This document shows, piece after piece, positions 1 to 14,421 of a DNA stretch of 64,000 nucleotides. Position 1 is the stretch's first letter, and each line of letters starts with the position of its first letter. The notes under the pieces are model-generated. The model did not search any database. It worked only from the letters and a program-made list of their open reading frames with translations, and had not been told where the DNA came from. The position numbers and the translations under genes are program-made. Source of the DNA: Octopus sinensis (taxonomy: Eukaryota); the NCBI RefSeq assembly GCF_006345805.1, contig NC_042998.1, positions 22,506,001-22,570,000 on the forward strand, read 5' to 3'.

Positions 1-134
1 AAATGATTCTACAAATATTTTTGAGGATGGAAACTAGTATTCATCAGTTTGAGAACTGCTACCTTAACACGATTTTCAGAGCGAATCAGCTTTAGCCAAT
101 GTGGCAAGGGTGGACCTTTTGAATTACATGTGCA

Positions 135-270
135 TATGTTTCCGACGAAGAGCTCCGCTCGAAACGTTAAACCCTCCTCCTTTCCTTCTTTCCTGAGCGT
201 CCAATAATACTATATTTGTTCCACGTCCTCGCGTTGTTGTGTTTTTTTGTGCTTTCTTGTTTGGATTAAC
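135..270 (+). mobile_element. PLE-terminal-repeat-like module carrying a hammerhead-like motif, ending in a (TA)n tract
   Basis: Near-identical to 45269-45404; contains CCGACGA-A-GAGC-TCC-GCTC-GAAAC-GTT; runs directly into (TA)n at 271. Confidence 0.7.
138..172 (+). ncRNA. Minimal type-I hammerhead ribozyme-like motif (core CCGACGA)
   Basis: Helix I GTTT/AAAC, core CCGACGA (U4C variant), helix II GAGC/GCTC, GAAAC, palindromic AACGTT helix III, putative cleavage triplet GTT. Confidence 0.65.
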
Positions 271-272
271 TT

Positions 273-310
<38 letters not shown>

Positions 311-330
311 TAGAGAGAGATATATAGATT

Positions 331-371
<41 letters not shown>

Positions 372-385
372 AGAGAGAGAGAGAC
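271..385. repeat. (TA)n + (GA)n microsatellite
   Basis: Direct reading of the sequence. Confidence 0.95.
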
Positions 386-847
386 TCGATCCTAGCATTG
401 TTCTGATACTTTGTCTATTTCGAAAATATGACGAGGCAAATCTAATCTCAGCACGATTTGAATGCAGCGGGCTGAGCCGAGAAGAATACTTGTAAACACT
501 CTATCCGAAGCTCGAACGATTCAGCCAATTCTAGGTCTTGTTATCTACAATTCCCCTACAAGAGTAAATCCTAAATTTATTTTGTTGTGGGGCTATTCTA
601 CGATTTCTCAAAATCACAGAACACCTGCCTGTATTTTACGGCTAATCCAATCACCCAAATTTTAATAAGACATTAAATGATATAAAAGTTGTTTTAGCGA
701 TAAAGTTTACTCGTGTAAAAAAAAAAAAGAAAAACATAAAATAACTATTCTAAAATGGTGAATAGGTTTTTTTATATAATAAATTTTAATTAAATTTCGT
801 TTAAAAACAACACTATCTCACGGAACTCCAAAAATTTTACTCAGAAT

Positions 848-1078
848 TTTTCAAATTCCGCCGTGGTCGACTTTGCCTTTCATCCTTTCGGGGTCGATTA
901 AATAAGTACCAGTTACGCACTGGGGTAGATATACTCGACTTAATCTATTTGTCTGTCCTTGTTTGTCCCCACTGTGTGTAGCCCCGTGTGGGCAGTAAAG
1001 AAATAAGAAACGTTAGCACGTTTGTCCATCCTTGTTTGTCTCCTATGTGTAGCCCCTTGTGGGCAGCAAAGATATAAG
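848..1078 (+). mobile_element. SINE family A, 5'-truncated, with duplicated tail
   Basis: Conserved GTCGACTTTGCCTTTCATCCTTTCGGGGTCGAT body; 16-bp TSD AAATTTTACTCAGAAT at 832-847 and 1079-1094. Confidence 0.9.
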
Positions 1079-1169
1079 AAATTTTACTCAGAATATTGAT
1101 GTTCCTGAGAACCGATTTGAGAAACATAGATCCAAAATTCAAATTACGCTTACAAAACATAGCCGAGAG

Positions 1170-1370
1170 AGCCAAACTACACACAAACTCACCAGTCCTA
1201 CAGTACACAAAGAAACGACAAAATTAACGTACAGGCAATGAGTAGATAGACAACCGACAACTGATGAAGGGTCGTTCTTTAAGTTACTTGTCCTGTTTTC
1301 CATTTGTTTCTCTCGTTTGCGTATTGAACTCATTTGTCGTATTTTATGTTTACTGTCGGTGACGTCCATT
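1170..1370 (+). mobile_element. Dispersed repeat family K (CTGATGA-containing, possibly PLE-related)
   Basis: Second copy in reverse orientation at about 26050-26260 shares GAGTAGATAGAC and CAACTGATGAAGGGTC...TACTTGTCCTGT. Confidence 0.55.
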
Positions 1371-1713
1371 ATTTATATTTTATCAGATCCGTCATGATTT
1401 CATTAATTAATTTCTTTAAAATTGATTACTTAAAATTTAATCAATTAATCGCATCGTAGTGAAGGCTCCGATGTCTTGCCAATATGGTTTACTTTGCATC
1501 AAACGTCAGTGATGGTCATTATGATTTATGCCAATCCTTACCGAAACGCTCAATCTCGTTCTCCACAGAAGTAAGAAAAACTTTCTAAATGTTTCAATAA
1601 GTCAATCAAAGCAGAAGCGATGCGTAATTCTAGCAGGTTTTCCCAGATTGGTAAAAATCGATATGCTTCGCAAAATCGCAGGCTGTTGACTGTATGTAAA
1701 GGAAAGCAACCTA

Positions 1714-1925
1714 TCTTTTATCTTTTACTTGAGTTAGTCATTATGCTGTGGCCATGCTGGAACACCGCTTTGAAGGTTTTTTGTCAAACAAATCGACCCC
1801 GGGACTTATTTTTATGGACTGGTATTTAGTCTGTCGTTCTGTTTCATCGAACCAGCTGTTAAGTTACGGGGATGTAACCAAACCAACACCGGTTGTCAAG
1901 CGATGGTGGCGATGAACAAATACAA
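1714..1925 (-). mobile_element. SINE family C, degenerate 3' half
   Basis: Matches the C tail (GGCCATGCTGGA-CACCGC; AATCGACCCCGGGACTTATT). Confidence 0.75.
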
Positions 1926-1940
1926 GGCACACACATACAC

Positions 1941-2348
1941 AGGCGCAGGAGTGGCTGTGTGGTAAGTAGCTTGCTAACCAACCACATGGTTCCGGGTTCA
2001 GTCCCACTGTGTGGCATCTTGGGCAAGTGTCTTCTGCTATAGCCCCGGGCCGACCAATGCCTTGTGAGTGGATTTGGTAGACGGAAACTGAAAGAAGCCT
2101 GTCGTATATATGTATATATATGTATATGTATGTGTGTGTTTGTGTGTCTATGTTTGCTTGACAACCGATGCTGGTGTGTTTACGTCCCCGTCACTTAGCG
2201 GTTCGGCAGAAAAGAGACCGATAGAATAAGTACTGGGCTTACAAAGAATAAGTCCCGGGGTCGATTTGCTCGACTAAAGGCGGTGCTCCAGCATGGCCGC
2301 AGTCAAATGACTGAAACAAGTAAAAGAGTAAAAGAGTTTAAAAGAGTT
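1941..2348 (+). mobile_element. SINE family C (tRNA-like head, CORE-like CTTGGGCAAGTGTCTT, internal TA/TG microsatellite, AAAAGAGT tail repeats), full length
   Basis: Head GGCGCAGGAGTGGCTGTGTGGTAAG...GGTTCAGTCCC; at least 8 related copies in the window. Confidence 0.9.
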
Positions 2349-2889
2349 TATATAAATATCTTAAAATAGAAGACCACCCAAATATGTCGAAAACAGTTTG
2401 TAGTAACCTGCAACCTACGTAGCTCACTACATTTCATGCGCGGGGGCAATGGAAAGATCCAGGGGGCGTTGAAGAAAAGTGGGATGATAATGGGGTGATA
2501 TAAAAAATATTAACAGTTTAATTAGGTTTAAGTTTTCTTTATGAAATTACGTTATTTTGAATTTGCTGCAGAAAGTGGTCTATATTTGTGATGGGAAGGG
2601 TGAGGGGGCGTTAGGATTGTGGCTTGGGTGCCAAGGGGGCAGCAGCTTGAAAAAGTTTAGAAATTACTGATCTAGGTATGTAGTTCCCAAACAGGGAAAC
2701 GGGGATTAACAGGGTCTATGAAATTAAAAAACAATTAAAATAAAAGTAAATAATAAGCACTAAAAACCTAAATATGTGGAATGGATCACGAAATTACAAG
2801 AAAACGAGTTCACTGCGCGGAAGTAACTTATAAATAAATCACCATGATAGATCGTTATAAATCAATCGCCATGATAGATCGTTATAAAT

Positions 2890-3065
2890 TTTTTTTTCTC
2901 TCCTTGTTTCTCTCCTTGTTTTTTTCTGCGTCCCTTTCTGTAGAAGAGCGTAGGCTCGAAACGTAAAAGACCTTTTCTATTCCCGAGCGTTATACTAATA
3001 CATCTGTTTATTTTGTACACCACTTGTCTTCGTCTTTTGTTTTCTTTTTCGTAAACTCTCCCCTT
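2890..3065 (+). mobile_element. PLE-terminal-repeat-like module with hammerhead-like motif (second subfamily)
   Basis: Similar to 46325-46520 and 13195-13350; motif at 2934-2969. Confidence 0.65.
2934..2969 (+). ncRNA. Hammerhead-like motif with variant core CTGTAGA
   Basis: Helix I CTTT/AAAG, helix II GAGC-gtag-GCTC, GAAAC, triplet GTA; A6 is replaced by U, so activity is uncertain. Confidence 0.5.
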
Positions 3066-3139
3066 ATAAATTAATTATGATTTCGTGCTCCAGAATTCCG
3101 AGAATCTGAGTTGCTATTTCCACGTCTAAGATTTAGCTA

Positions 3140-3432
3140 CCATCATCATTATCATCATCGATGTTGTCATCATCATCCTCATCATAATCACTGATGTTGT
3201 CATCATCATCGATGTTGTCATCCTACTCCTCCTCTCATCATCGTCGTCATCATCATCGTCGTCGTCACGATCATCGTCGTCATCCTCATCATCATCGTCA
3301 TCGTCATCATCATCGTCATCGTCGTCATCATCGTCATCGTCGTCATCATCGTCATCGTCGTCATCATCATCGTCATCGTCGTCGTCATCATCATCGTCGT
3401 GATCATCATCGTCATCGTCGTCGTCATCATCG

Positions 3433-3464
<32 letters not shown>

Positions 3465-3510
3465 GTCATCATCGTCGTCATCATCGTCATCATCATCGTC
3501 ATCGTCATCA
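3140..3510. repeat. (CAT/CGT)n mixed trinucleotide microsatellite
   Basis: Direct reading; explains the poly-His/Arg and poly-Met/Thr ORFs. Confidence 0.95.
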
Positions 3511-3870
3511 CCCTTGTGTATCCTATAGACAGGAAGTAATCTTAGAACGGCCCCCTTGGATACTCATCATCCTTGACAATTTCCTCTCATATCTGTTTTT
3601 TTTTTTGTTCTTTTTTTCTTCTAATATTAAATATTCATTCAGCGTCGTTAATCGTAAATGTTTAAGTTTCTCCAGATCTTTTTTTTTTTTGGATCATTGT
3701 CAGTCAGTTGTTTTACAACAAACCGTCGTGTATTTTCTTATTCTTGCAGCCGGAATTGTGTCGGTTAGTTTGTGTGTGCCAATCTTAAATGATGCATTCA
3801 ATTCAAATAGTCTTGTTAAGCCAAGTCACTGTTTATCGAATTGGCTCAAAAAATAGTCTGTTGATAGAAA

Positions 3871-4255
3871 GGGGAAGCACTCCGTCGGTTACGACGACGA
3901 GGGTTCTGGTTGATACGAATCAACGGAACAGCCTGCTCGTGAAATTAACGTGTAAGTGGCTGAGCACTCCACAGACACGTGTACCCTTAACGTAGTTCTC
4001 GGGGATATTCAGCGTGACACAGAGAGTGACAAGGCCGGCCCTTTGAAATACAGGTACAACAGAAACAGGAAGAAAGAGTGAGAGAAAGTTGTGGTGAAAA
4101 AGTACAGCAGGGATCACCACCATCCCTGCCGGAGCCTCGTGGAGCTTTTAGGTGTTTTCGCTCAATAAACACTCACAACGCCCGGTCTGGGAATCGAAAC
4201 CGCGATCCTACGACCGCGAATCCGCTGCCCTAACCACTGGGCCATTGCGCCTCCA
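3871..4255 (-). mobile_element. SINE family B with tail B, full length
   Basis: tRNA-like head TGGAGGCGCAATGGCCCAGTGGTTAGGG...GGTTTCGATTCC; 13-bp TSD CTGTTGATAGAAA at 3858-3870 and 4256-4268. Confidence 0.92.
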
Positions 4256-4314
4256 CTGTTGATAGAAACAGATTCGGTGACTATGATCTTCTACAGAGGG
4301 TTGACCTCCTTGCT

Positions 4315-4675
4315 CTTTACTCTCTTTTACTCTTTTACTTGTTTCAGTCATTTGACTGCGGCCATGCTGGAGCGCCGCCTTTAGTCGAGCAAATCGATCC
4401 CATTTCTTTACTAACCACAAGGGGCTAAACATAGAGTGGACAAAGAAGGATAGAAAAAAGAGATTAAGTCGATTACATCGACCCCAGTGTGTAACTGGTA
4501 CTTAATTTATCGACCCTGAAAGGATGAAAGCAAAGTCGATCTCGGCGGAATTTGAACTCAGAACGTAGCGACAGACGAAATACCGCTAAGCATTTCGTCC
4601 GGCGTGCTAACGTTTCTGCCAGCTCGCCACCAATAACTTATTCTTTGTAAACTTATTCTATCGGTCTCTTTTGAG
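4315..4675 (-). mobile_element. SINE C 3' fragment interrupted by a SINE A copy (4402-4631, minus)
   Basis: C sequence resumes (ACTTATTCTTTGTAA...CTATCGGTCTCTTTT) after the A element. Confidence 0.85.
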
Positions 4676-4842
4676 CTTAATATTTATGAATAATTTACAA
4701 TCTTTGATGGGTGTGCTAGGTAAACCTGCACACCCAGAACATACATAACTACAAAATTGACACTCAAAGATGATGGTGAAAGTCAACACTAACAATCACT
4801 CTTGTAACTCAGATTTCTTCTGGTTTATCTGACTTAATGAGG

Positions 4843-5283
4843 TACTCTTTTACTCTTTTACTTGTTTCAGTCATTTGACTGTGGCCATGCTGGAGCACCG
4901 CCTTTACTCGAGCAAATCGACACCAAGACTTATTCTTTGTAAGCCTAGTACTTATTCTATCGGTCTCTTTTGCCGAACGGCTAAGTTACGGGGACGTAAA
5001 CACACCAGCATCGGTTGTCAAGCGATGTTGGGGGGACACAAAACAGACACACAAATACACACACACACCACATAAAATAATATATATATATATAATATAT
5101 ATATATATTATATATATATATGACGGGCTTCTTCAGTTTCCGTCTACCGAATCCACTCACAAGGCTTTGGTCGGCCCGAGGCTATAGTAGAAGACACTTG
5201 CCCAAAGTGCCACGCAGTGGGACTGAACCTGGAACCATGTGGTTGGTAAGCAAGCTACTTACCACACAGCCACTCCTGCGCCT
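4843..5283 (-). mobile_element. SINE family C, full length
   Basis: Collinear with 1941-2348; internal microsatellite about 70 bp. Confidence 0.9.
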
Positions 5284-5600
5284 ATCTACTTATCCACTCC
5301 TTATCTAAAATTTCAGTTAAAGTATCGCATTTTTTAAAGATTTTCAACGTATCTCAATCGTTCGGGTCTAACGCTCATTTTTTTTTTTTTTTTGCATCAT
5401 ACAACTCAACTAATATAAAATGGTGATAACAGCGGAATTAGATGCGTAAAGCAATATACTTCAGATTCTGTTTCTGTACCTAATAATGCTGCAGATTTTT
5501 TCTTCTTCATTTCACCCAACATGCTTAAACACATTATTTTCTTCCAAACGCACTTAATCTAATCTAACATTGATCTAACATCATCGGTAACAAGTATGCG

Positions 5601-7672
<2,072 letters not shown>

Positions 7673-8309
7673 ATGTTGGTCTTATTAGTATTAATATTAA
7701 GGGATATTTCGGGGAGCTTCTTATTTTTGCCTTCAGTGTAAAAAAAAAAAGATTTCACTGCCTTAAACATAATATCTGTAGTATTTGAAATTTTGACGAA
7801 ACTGCATAGAATAAAGAAAGTCTGCAGAGTTGAACGTTCTTTTCGTTATTGCATTGACAACTACGTTGAATGACAGATATGAGAAGACACAACCTTATCT
7901 GACACCTGTTCGAAAATAGCTGGATATGTAATCTGTAATTCTGAGTGCATAAGCTGGACCGTCGTATACATATTTTAACAAGCGGATAGGCTAGATTGAC
8001 AAGTCCTCAACCTCAAAGGAATTCCGGAGTATAGGTCTCTATATACTATTATTTTCAGTTTCAAAGCCTCTGTTAGAAATATATTACTGTTTTCTGTCTC
8101 GGTTTCGTTCTCCAAAAATTTGAAGTGTAAAAACATGATCATTGCAATAGTGATTTAGGTGGAAGCCTACCTTCTCCTCTCAGACTACGTGTTTCCATCT
8201 TGGTTTCAAACACATTTGTAACACCTTGCTGGCAAATAACAAAATAACAAACAAGCGCTAAGAGCTGGTACAAAGATTATTTTCTTATTCGTGACTCATT
8301 TATTATCTA

Positions 8310-8675
8310 CTAACACTATCACCCGGCAACGCCAGGTCATGGTACTAGTGCATGCATATAGAGCTGCATGCGTGCGCACATACACGCGAGTACTGTCCAA
8401 ATCTCCGACCAATCACATACAGCTAGCTGGCATTCAATTGGCGTATCAAGTTTCAGGCATTTTGATTGGGTTTTGGATAGAAAATTCACAAAAATGTCAC
8501 TTCTATTGATTTTTTTAATGGCTTTGCGGAGTGACTGGGGAAATATAAAGATGTGCACGACCACGCTCAAACGGTTTTGAATGACCATAGATAGTGCGAG
8601 CCCTCCAACTGAAAAATTAGGATTTGTATAAAGGACACACACGGACAGATATTTTGCCGTTTATATATGTAGAGA
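8310..8675 (-). mobile_element. Non-autonomous Helitron
   Basis: On the minus strand: 5' TC(TCTACATATATAAACGGCA), 3' hairpin CCTGGCGTTGCCGGG then TTAG (degenerate CTAG), between A and T, no TSD. Confidence 0.75.
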
Positions 8676-9129
8676 TTATCAGCCAATGAGTCTAAGACGA
8701 CACTTGGTGGCTCTGTAATTGAATCATCCATAACAATTAGAGATATTTTTCTTTGCTCTCACTTGTTTGCTTGAAGGCTAAAAACGACTCCACAAATACT
8801 AACAGCTATGTGAGGAGACGAATGTAGATTCAAGTATGAGCTCAGAAACGCAAGAAACTGTCTCCGGCTTGTCATGGCTGTTCAACATTTCTGCTAAGCT
8901 ATTTCGCAAATTGCTACAGGCTTTGGCAGAGCACAAAGAATTGTTTCTAATGAATGATGGTAATTTGTTCTGCGCTTATCGAATAATTTAATCAGAAACA
9001 TTATCAATACGTAAGTGATTGGGAAAAGTAAAAATAAAAAGAAAATAAATGAAACTCTCTCCCTCATATAATTTGCTCTCCATATATCTGCATACGTGCA
9101 AATTGTTTCTGTACATCGAAGGAAACATA

Positions 9130-9310
9130 TTGATTTATAATTTTTGGCACAGGGTTACTAATCTGTTCAAAGGATCTTAATCAACTGAATCGACTTTTGC
9201 TAATGCTTATTTTATCAATCTTGAACGAATGAAGAACAAACTCAAATCCAAACAGAAATTGAATTCAGAACGTAAAGGGATTTCACTAAATACCGCAAGG
9301 TATTTTAATT
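9130..9310 (-). mobile_element. Highly degenerate SINE A' copy
   Basis: Residual TTTTGGCACA, TTATTTTATC, GAATTCAGAACGTAA and AAATACCGC motifs in the expected order. Confidence 0.5.
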
Positions 9311-10269
9311 CAGCCTGCTTCTGTTTCTGAAACTCTACTGCTCTGTACATGAATACCTACTACAAGGCTATGTATGTCAACCTATGTTCTACTTGACAAA
9401 TGTTAGCTGTTAAAACAACCCCATTAAAACTGATGTCAGTGATGATAGATGCTTCAACACATCTAATCTTTGATCAGCAAAACATCTTACACTTGGAAGA
9501 AGCATATAGCTTCCCTACATCGTTCATTTAATCAAGTGTAAACCATGCTGGCGACAGTTAAAACATACGGAGTAATAAAAATAAGCTATTCGATAAGAAT
9601 ATAGCTATCTATACATCTATATATATAATCAACTAATTCTGGTTTTCGCAAGTACTATTTCTTTCTTTTTAAACAACTTTGCTGTGGATTTGATCTTTTC
9701 CTACTTTCTCAGAAAACTGGATTAAATCTCCGATAACAAGAAAAACAAAAAGAATGTAAAGAAAACGCTCTACGTCGACCATTTTGTTTTTATTTGCTCT
9801 CAGCAGAATGAACACAGGCTCATGTCAAGTAGAAACCAATAACTATCAAATAACTGTCCATGTTAGTTGGAGATATCAAACGCAACTGTGATTATTCTGC
9901 TATATGTCACGAACAGGCCAAATCGTTACAAACTAATTGTTGTTTAGCCTCAGGTCAGTTGTGATCGAACAGATCAATAATCAAAAGCAATCCAGTTGTG
10001 ATCATCCCGTCGTTTTGTTTGTTTGTTTGCTTGTTTTTACTTCAGACATGGTGTATCTAGAGCTACATTATCAAAAGACTCCTTCCTACGCTTAAAATAT
10101 GATTTAAGATAGATTTCACTGTTATTTTTATCAGATCGTACTGTTTCACTGTAATCTGGCAGACGAGACACGAAAGCTTAACACAACATACATTGTAAAA
10201 TATTCAACATGGAGACGGATGGACATCTTACAGAAATGATTTTAGTTTGTTAAAACTGGTTGAATAATA

Positions 10270-10485
10270 TTGGGTTGGTGCATAATTATTGCGGGTTTTT
10301 ATTCAACAAAAACATCTTTGAATGATTATTTTGGGAGTATATTCACCATCTACTTCAATGACTGCTTTCCAATTGTTTGGCAGGCGGTCAGGCCGTCATT
10401 TAAAGATGTTTTTGTTAAATATTGTTATTATTTAATACAATTTGTTGGCGGGTGGGGGGACCGCAATAATTATGCACCAACCCAG
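10270..10485. mobile_element. Mariner-derived MITE (Hsmar1/MADE1-like TIRs)
   Basis: 25-bp TIR TTGGGTTGGTGCATAATTATTGCGG (24/25 match), TA on both sides; interior minus strand encodes the transposase C-terminus RLPNNWKAVIEVDGEYTPK*. Confidence 0.88.
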
Positions 10486-10546
10486 TAAAACCATTTGAGA
10501 TTTTCAACAAGATTTATTCAATGGAAAAAATAATTACGAGGAACAG

Positions 10547-10690
10547 GAAGGTGGCGAACTGATAGAATCGTTAAAGCGTCAGCAAAGGTGCTTTGTGTCT
10601 TTTTTTTTTTTTTTTACTTGTTTCGATCCGAGTTCGAATTCCAGCGAGATCGACTTCGCGTTTCATCTTTTTTTGATGAATAAAATAAGA
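10547..10690 (+). mobile_element. Degenerate SINE A head and body
   Basis: GGTGGCGAACTGATAGAATCGTTA...GTTCGAATTCCAGCGAGATCGACTT. Confidence 0.55.
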
Positions 10691-11344
10691 AATAGCTTAG
10701 CCCTAGGTTCGATGTAATCTGGACTTGTGCAAAAATTAGAAAGGAACTATGAAGAAAAAACAAACAGATTACATCCACTGCTTTACCCAATCTTTTGGGA
10801 ATTATGACAATAGTTTTACAAATCTTGTGTCTTGGGAGAGTTATTACGCCAATAACACTCGCAATACGTGTTATCATTATCGGCGAACGATTCTCCCAAG
10901 ACACAACGAGATTTGTTTCAACACACAAGTTCCCGTCAAGAATCTTCCAAACCAAATACAAAAGACAGTTTTACAAATTTAGGTTGCAAAGTTGAGGTTG
11001 AATTTTAAAATTTCGTAAAATTTAAGATAAATAAAAGATGATTTGTTTTGATGTACCGCGAAATATTTGTTAATAAAGGAGAGCAGGATTGGTTCATTGA
11101 TTCGTTACCAAGAATGTTATTGCAGTTTATTTAATCAACTGCCAAATAATAATAAGATCACCAGAATTCAGGGTGAGAAATTGAACTAGTAATGATAATG
11201 AAGCCGGTAGTGAGTAACAAAATCTCAAATCGTCAAAATATTTTAAATAACTGCTGTACATTTTCAGCGGTGCGATAACAAAATTAAATTTCGCAAGTGT
11301 GTGTGCATGTATGTATGTGTGTGTATACATACATACATACATAC

Positions 11345-12130
11345 ACACATACGAGATGATAGTAACATTGATCATCAAAGCAGTCTATCATGGACCAATA
11401 GCCGGATTGCTACCTCCCACTTTGAAGAGTATGCATTTGCAATCCAGAAACAGGAAATATCAACCGAATACCTGATGCACAAAAGGGATAGAGATGCAGG
11501 AAAAGCAGCAAAATGCGACAACCGATGCAAACTTTGTGGAGTTAACACCAAAGATATCACCCACATCATAAGCAGTCGTCCGAAAATGTCATCACGGTAT
11601 TATCTACCGATGAGACATTATGTTGTAGTTAGGACACTATAATGAAATCTGTCGGAAGGATAACCCCGAGGACAAAGAAATAAGAACCCACTGTATGGTA
11701 GAAGCCATAGCCACGCATAATAAAAAGGAGTACTGGTGAAATGTCCCAGTGAAGACCTCAATAAAATTTAAGCACAACAGACCTGATATGATTTGAGACA
11801 GAGAAGAGAAGCTGTGTGTAGTTGCGGACATCAGCTGCCCAGCGGATGTTAACATAAAGCTGAAGATCAGTGAAAAAGAGAACACCTATGCTGAACTATT
11901 GAGAAATCTGCAGTTACTCTATTCAAATTACAAGTTCGGGTTTATACCTGTAACTATTGGGGCCCTGGGATATGTAACCACACTACCTAAACGCCAATCT
12001 TGAGAAATTAGTCTTCTCAAAACCAGAAAGGAGAACGCTAATTCGAAGATTACAGATCCAGTCCATCACTGGAACTGTATAAATCTGTAAAACTTTCCAG
12101 AAATTTATCATTGAAGTATATATGATCATG
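11345..12130 (+). pseudogene. 3' fragment of an R4/Dong-like (RLE-type) non-LTR retrotransposon
   Basis: FAIQKQEIST; degenerate CCHC finger (CKLC...HIISSR); MRH; RLE motifs HNRPD...ADISCP and KENTY, then IGALG; contains in-frame stops. Confidence 0.85.
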
Positions 12131-12334
12131 TTTAGATATGCGAGTATATGCATAAGAATACATACATAAAGGAAAAGATACTGATCTTCACACACACACA
12201 TACATACAAAAATATCCTAGTGTTGTTGAAATTCCAATGAAGGATCCTTGGATCTAGGTTAGAAACCGACTCTTTCTCTATTGGCGAGAAAGCTTGAAAT
12301 AAAATTGAACAATGACATACATACATACGTACAT

Positions 12335-12665
12335 ACAAAAATCTGCAGTTACTGTATCCAGATTATAAGTTCAGGTTTATACCTTTTTCAAAGACAAAAA
12401 AAAGAAAGCTGATTCGAAGACTACAGATCCAATCCATCACTGGAACTGTGAAAATATGTGAAACTTTCTCGAAGTCTATCATTTAAGTAAGTATATATGA
12501 GCATATCTAGATATGCAAGTATATGCATGAGAAGACATACATAAAACAAAACATACAAATCTGCACGTATACATACATACATACATTAAATACCCGGCTG
12601 ATGTTGAAATTCTAATGAAGAAGCCTGGCAAGAAATCTTGAAATAAAACTGAACGATGACACACA
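12335..12665 (+). mobile_element. Diverged second copy of the 3' end of the R4-like element
   Basis: AATCTGCAGTTACT...TACAGATCCA-TCCATCACTGGAACTGT and the downstream TTGAAATAAAA-TGAAC-ATGAC repeat 11905-12316. Confidence 0.75.
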
Positions 12666-12974
12666 CGGGCACACACAAGCATATCTCACCTCGATACTGC
12701 GTAAACTGGGATCTCCGTTGAAAGGTCCATCATACTAAATAAAGTGTTCAACGCTTATGATATGTAAATTAGTTCCATCGGTATTCTGAAACTACTGGAT
12801 TTGTTGAGTATATAAACAGATTGGGTTCTTATTTGTCCGAGATTGGTCAGAATAATATAAACACCTCTTTTCATCATTTCTTTCAAATTTTCCGTTAATA
12901 TGTCTTACTACATATATTACATACAATCACGCACGTACGCAATATATATATATATATATGTATGTATTACACAT

Positions 12975-13135
12975 GTGCCGTTGGCGATTTCTTTTCCTTC
13001 TTAGAACTTCCCTTTTTCCTTTTCGACGAAGAGCTATGCTCGAAACGTCAAACTCTCTCTTTTCACCGATCGTCAAGCTAATACATTTCTTATGCACGTT
13101 CTCATGTTATCCGTTTTTATTTGTTTATTTGAATT

Positions 13136-13140
<5 letters not shown>
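12975..13140 (+). mobile_element. PLE-terminal-repeat-like module; hammerhead-like motif at 13019-13053 (core TCGACGA, triplet GTC)
   Basis: Helix II GAGC-tat-GCTC, GAAAC-GTC-AAAC; flanked by (TA)n. Confidence 0.6.
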
Positions 13141-13184
<44 letters not shown>

Positions 13185-13194
13185 CCACTACACT

Positions 13195-13350
13195 TCTTTA
13201 TTTTCTTTCCTCGTTTCTTTCTGTGTTCCTTTTTGTGGAATGGCGAAGGCTCGAAACGTTAAAGACATTTTCACTTCCCGAGCGTTAAATTACATCTGTT
13301 TGTTGTCTCACACCACCTGTCTTCGTCTTTTTTTTTTTGAATTCTCCCAC
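13195..13350 (+). mobile_element. PLE-terminal-repeat-like module with decayed hammerhead motif (13228-13265)
   Basis: GGCTCGAAACGTTAAAGA plus flanks homologous to 2890-3065; core mutated. Confidence 0.55.
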
Positions 13351-13371
13351 TATATATATATATATATTATA

Positions 13372-13402
<31 letters not shown>

Positions 13403-13504
13403 CCGGAGTAAACACGTAAATGTGAAACAAAGTGGAAAAAAGAGTACTCAAATACAAGTGGTGTGTAATATGCTTTATTTAAAGCAGCAGAAATTCAACA
13501 AAAC

Positions 13505-13542
13505 CTGTTACTCTGAGTTTCCCGTTGACGTTCGTCGGACAG
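13505..13542 (-). ncRNA. Minimal hammerhead-like motif within a repeat module at about 13400-13550
   Basis: Minus strand CTGT-CCGACGA-ACGTCAACGG-GAAAC-TCAGA-GTA-ACAG; helix I CTGT/ACAG; near-palindromic ACTCAGAGT helix III; helix II imperfect. Confidence 0.55.
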
Positions 13543-13548
13543 TTTTTG

Positions 13549-13614
<66 letters not shown>

Positions 13615-13624
13615 AATGCGCCTT

Positions 13625-13859
13625 TTTAAAGCCTAGGTTCATTGGTCTGGTTTGCCGGTTTCTATGACGTCTGTGTTCCCCAGCTGGACGGGACGCCAGT
13701 CTATCGCAGCGTTACTCATTTTTGCCAGCTGAGTGGACTGGAGCAACGGGAAATGAAGTGTTTTGCTCTAGAACACAACGCGTCGCCCGGTCAAGGAATC
13801 AAAACCACAATCTTACGATCATGATGCTGACACCCTAACCACTAAACCACGCGTCTCCA
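13625..13859 (-). mobile_element. SINE with F-type head, CORE-like segment and tail H
   Basis: Head GGAGACGCGTGGTTTAGTGGTTAGGG; TCCAGTCCACTCAGCTG; tail GACTGGCGTCCCGTCCAGCTGGGGAAC. Confidence 0.75.
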
Positions 13860-14421
13860 GTGTGTGTATGTGTGTTTTGGACAAAATAATGGAAGCAACA
13901 CTAACTATTTTCTTCTATTAGCAAATATTCAGAACTGTTCTAGTTTGTATATATTTGTTCATATGCATTATACATGCCTTGCGCTTCATGATAAGTATTT
14001 TTGGCAGATATGAAATAGGTTAAAATGCACGAGCTATCTGATTTCCAAAAAGAACAAATTTTTAAAACGTTGATAACCAGAGCTTCAGTTACTAAAACTG
14101 CTGAATAGTTTCATGTTTCGAGAAGTACAGTGTCTTAAATCATGTTAGCATTTCTAAACCAAGTTCTACCAGTTCTGGTAAACATGATTCTGGGCGGAAG
14201 GCAAAGCTCACAGAGAGAAACCGTCGAATACTGAAACGTATTGGTGTCTAAAAACTACGACAGCAAAAGTGACAGCGAGCTAAACCATTATTTTATCCAC
14301 CCTTTGTCAAAACAAAACGACTCTTTGTGTGTTCCATGAATCTGGACATAATGGAGGGACTGCAATTGCTAATCCTCTGCCGTGGCCACTTATTGACAAG
14401 CGAGAAAAATGATGTGTACAT

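Noticed and set aside
2380-2680. hAT-like right end (AAAAAGTTTAGAAATTACTG-ATCTAG)
   Set aside because: No matching left TIR or TSD could be located.
3194-3856. 220-aa His/Arg-rich ORF
   Set aside because: It is a (CAT/CGT)n microsatellite followed by T-rich non-coding sequence, with no splice or domain support.
8806-8959. Candidate + strand exon encoding LCEETNVDSS...LMND
   Set aside because: The acceptor lacks a pyrimidine tract, the antisense frame is equally open, and no domain is recognisable; left unresolved.
12234-12268. CCAATGA...GAAAC in the R4-like 3' region as a hammerhead
   Set aside because: The core has two mismatches, six unpaired bases precede GAAAC, and there is no helix I or GUH.
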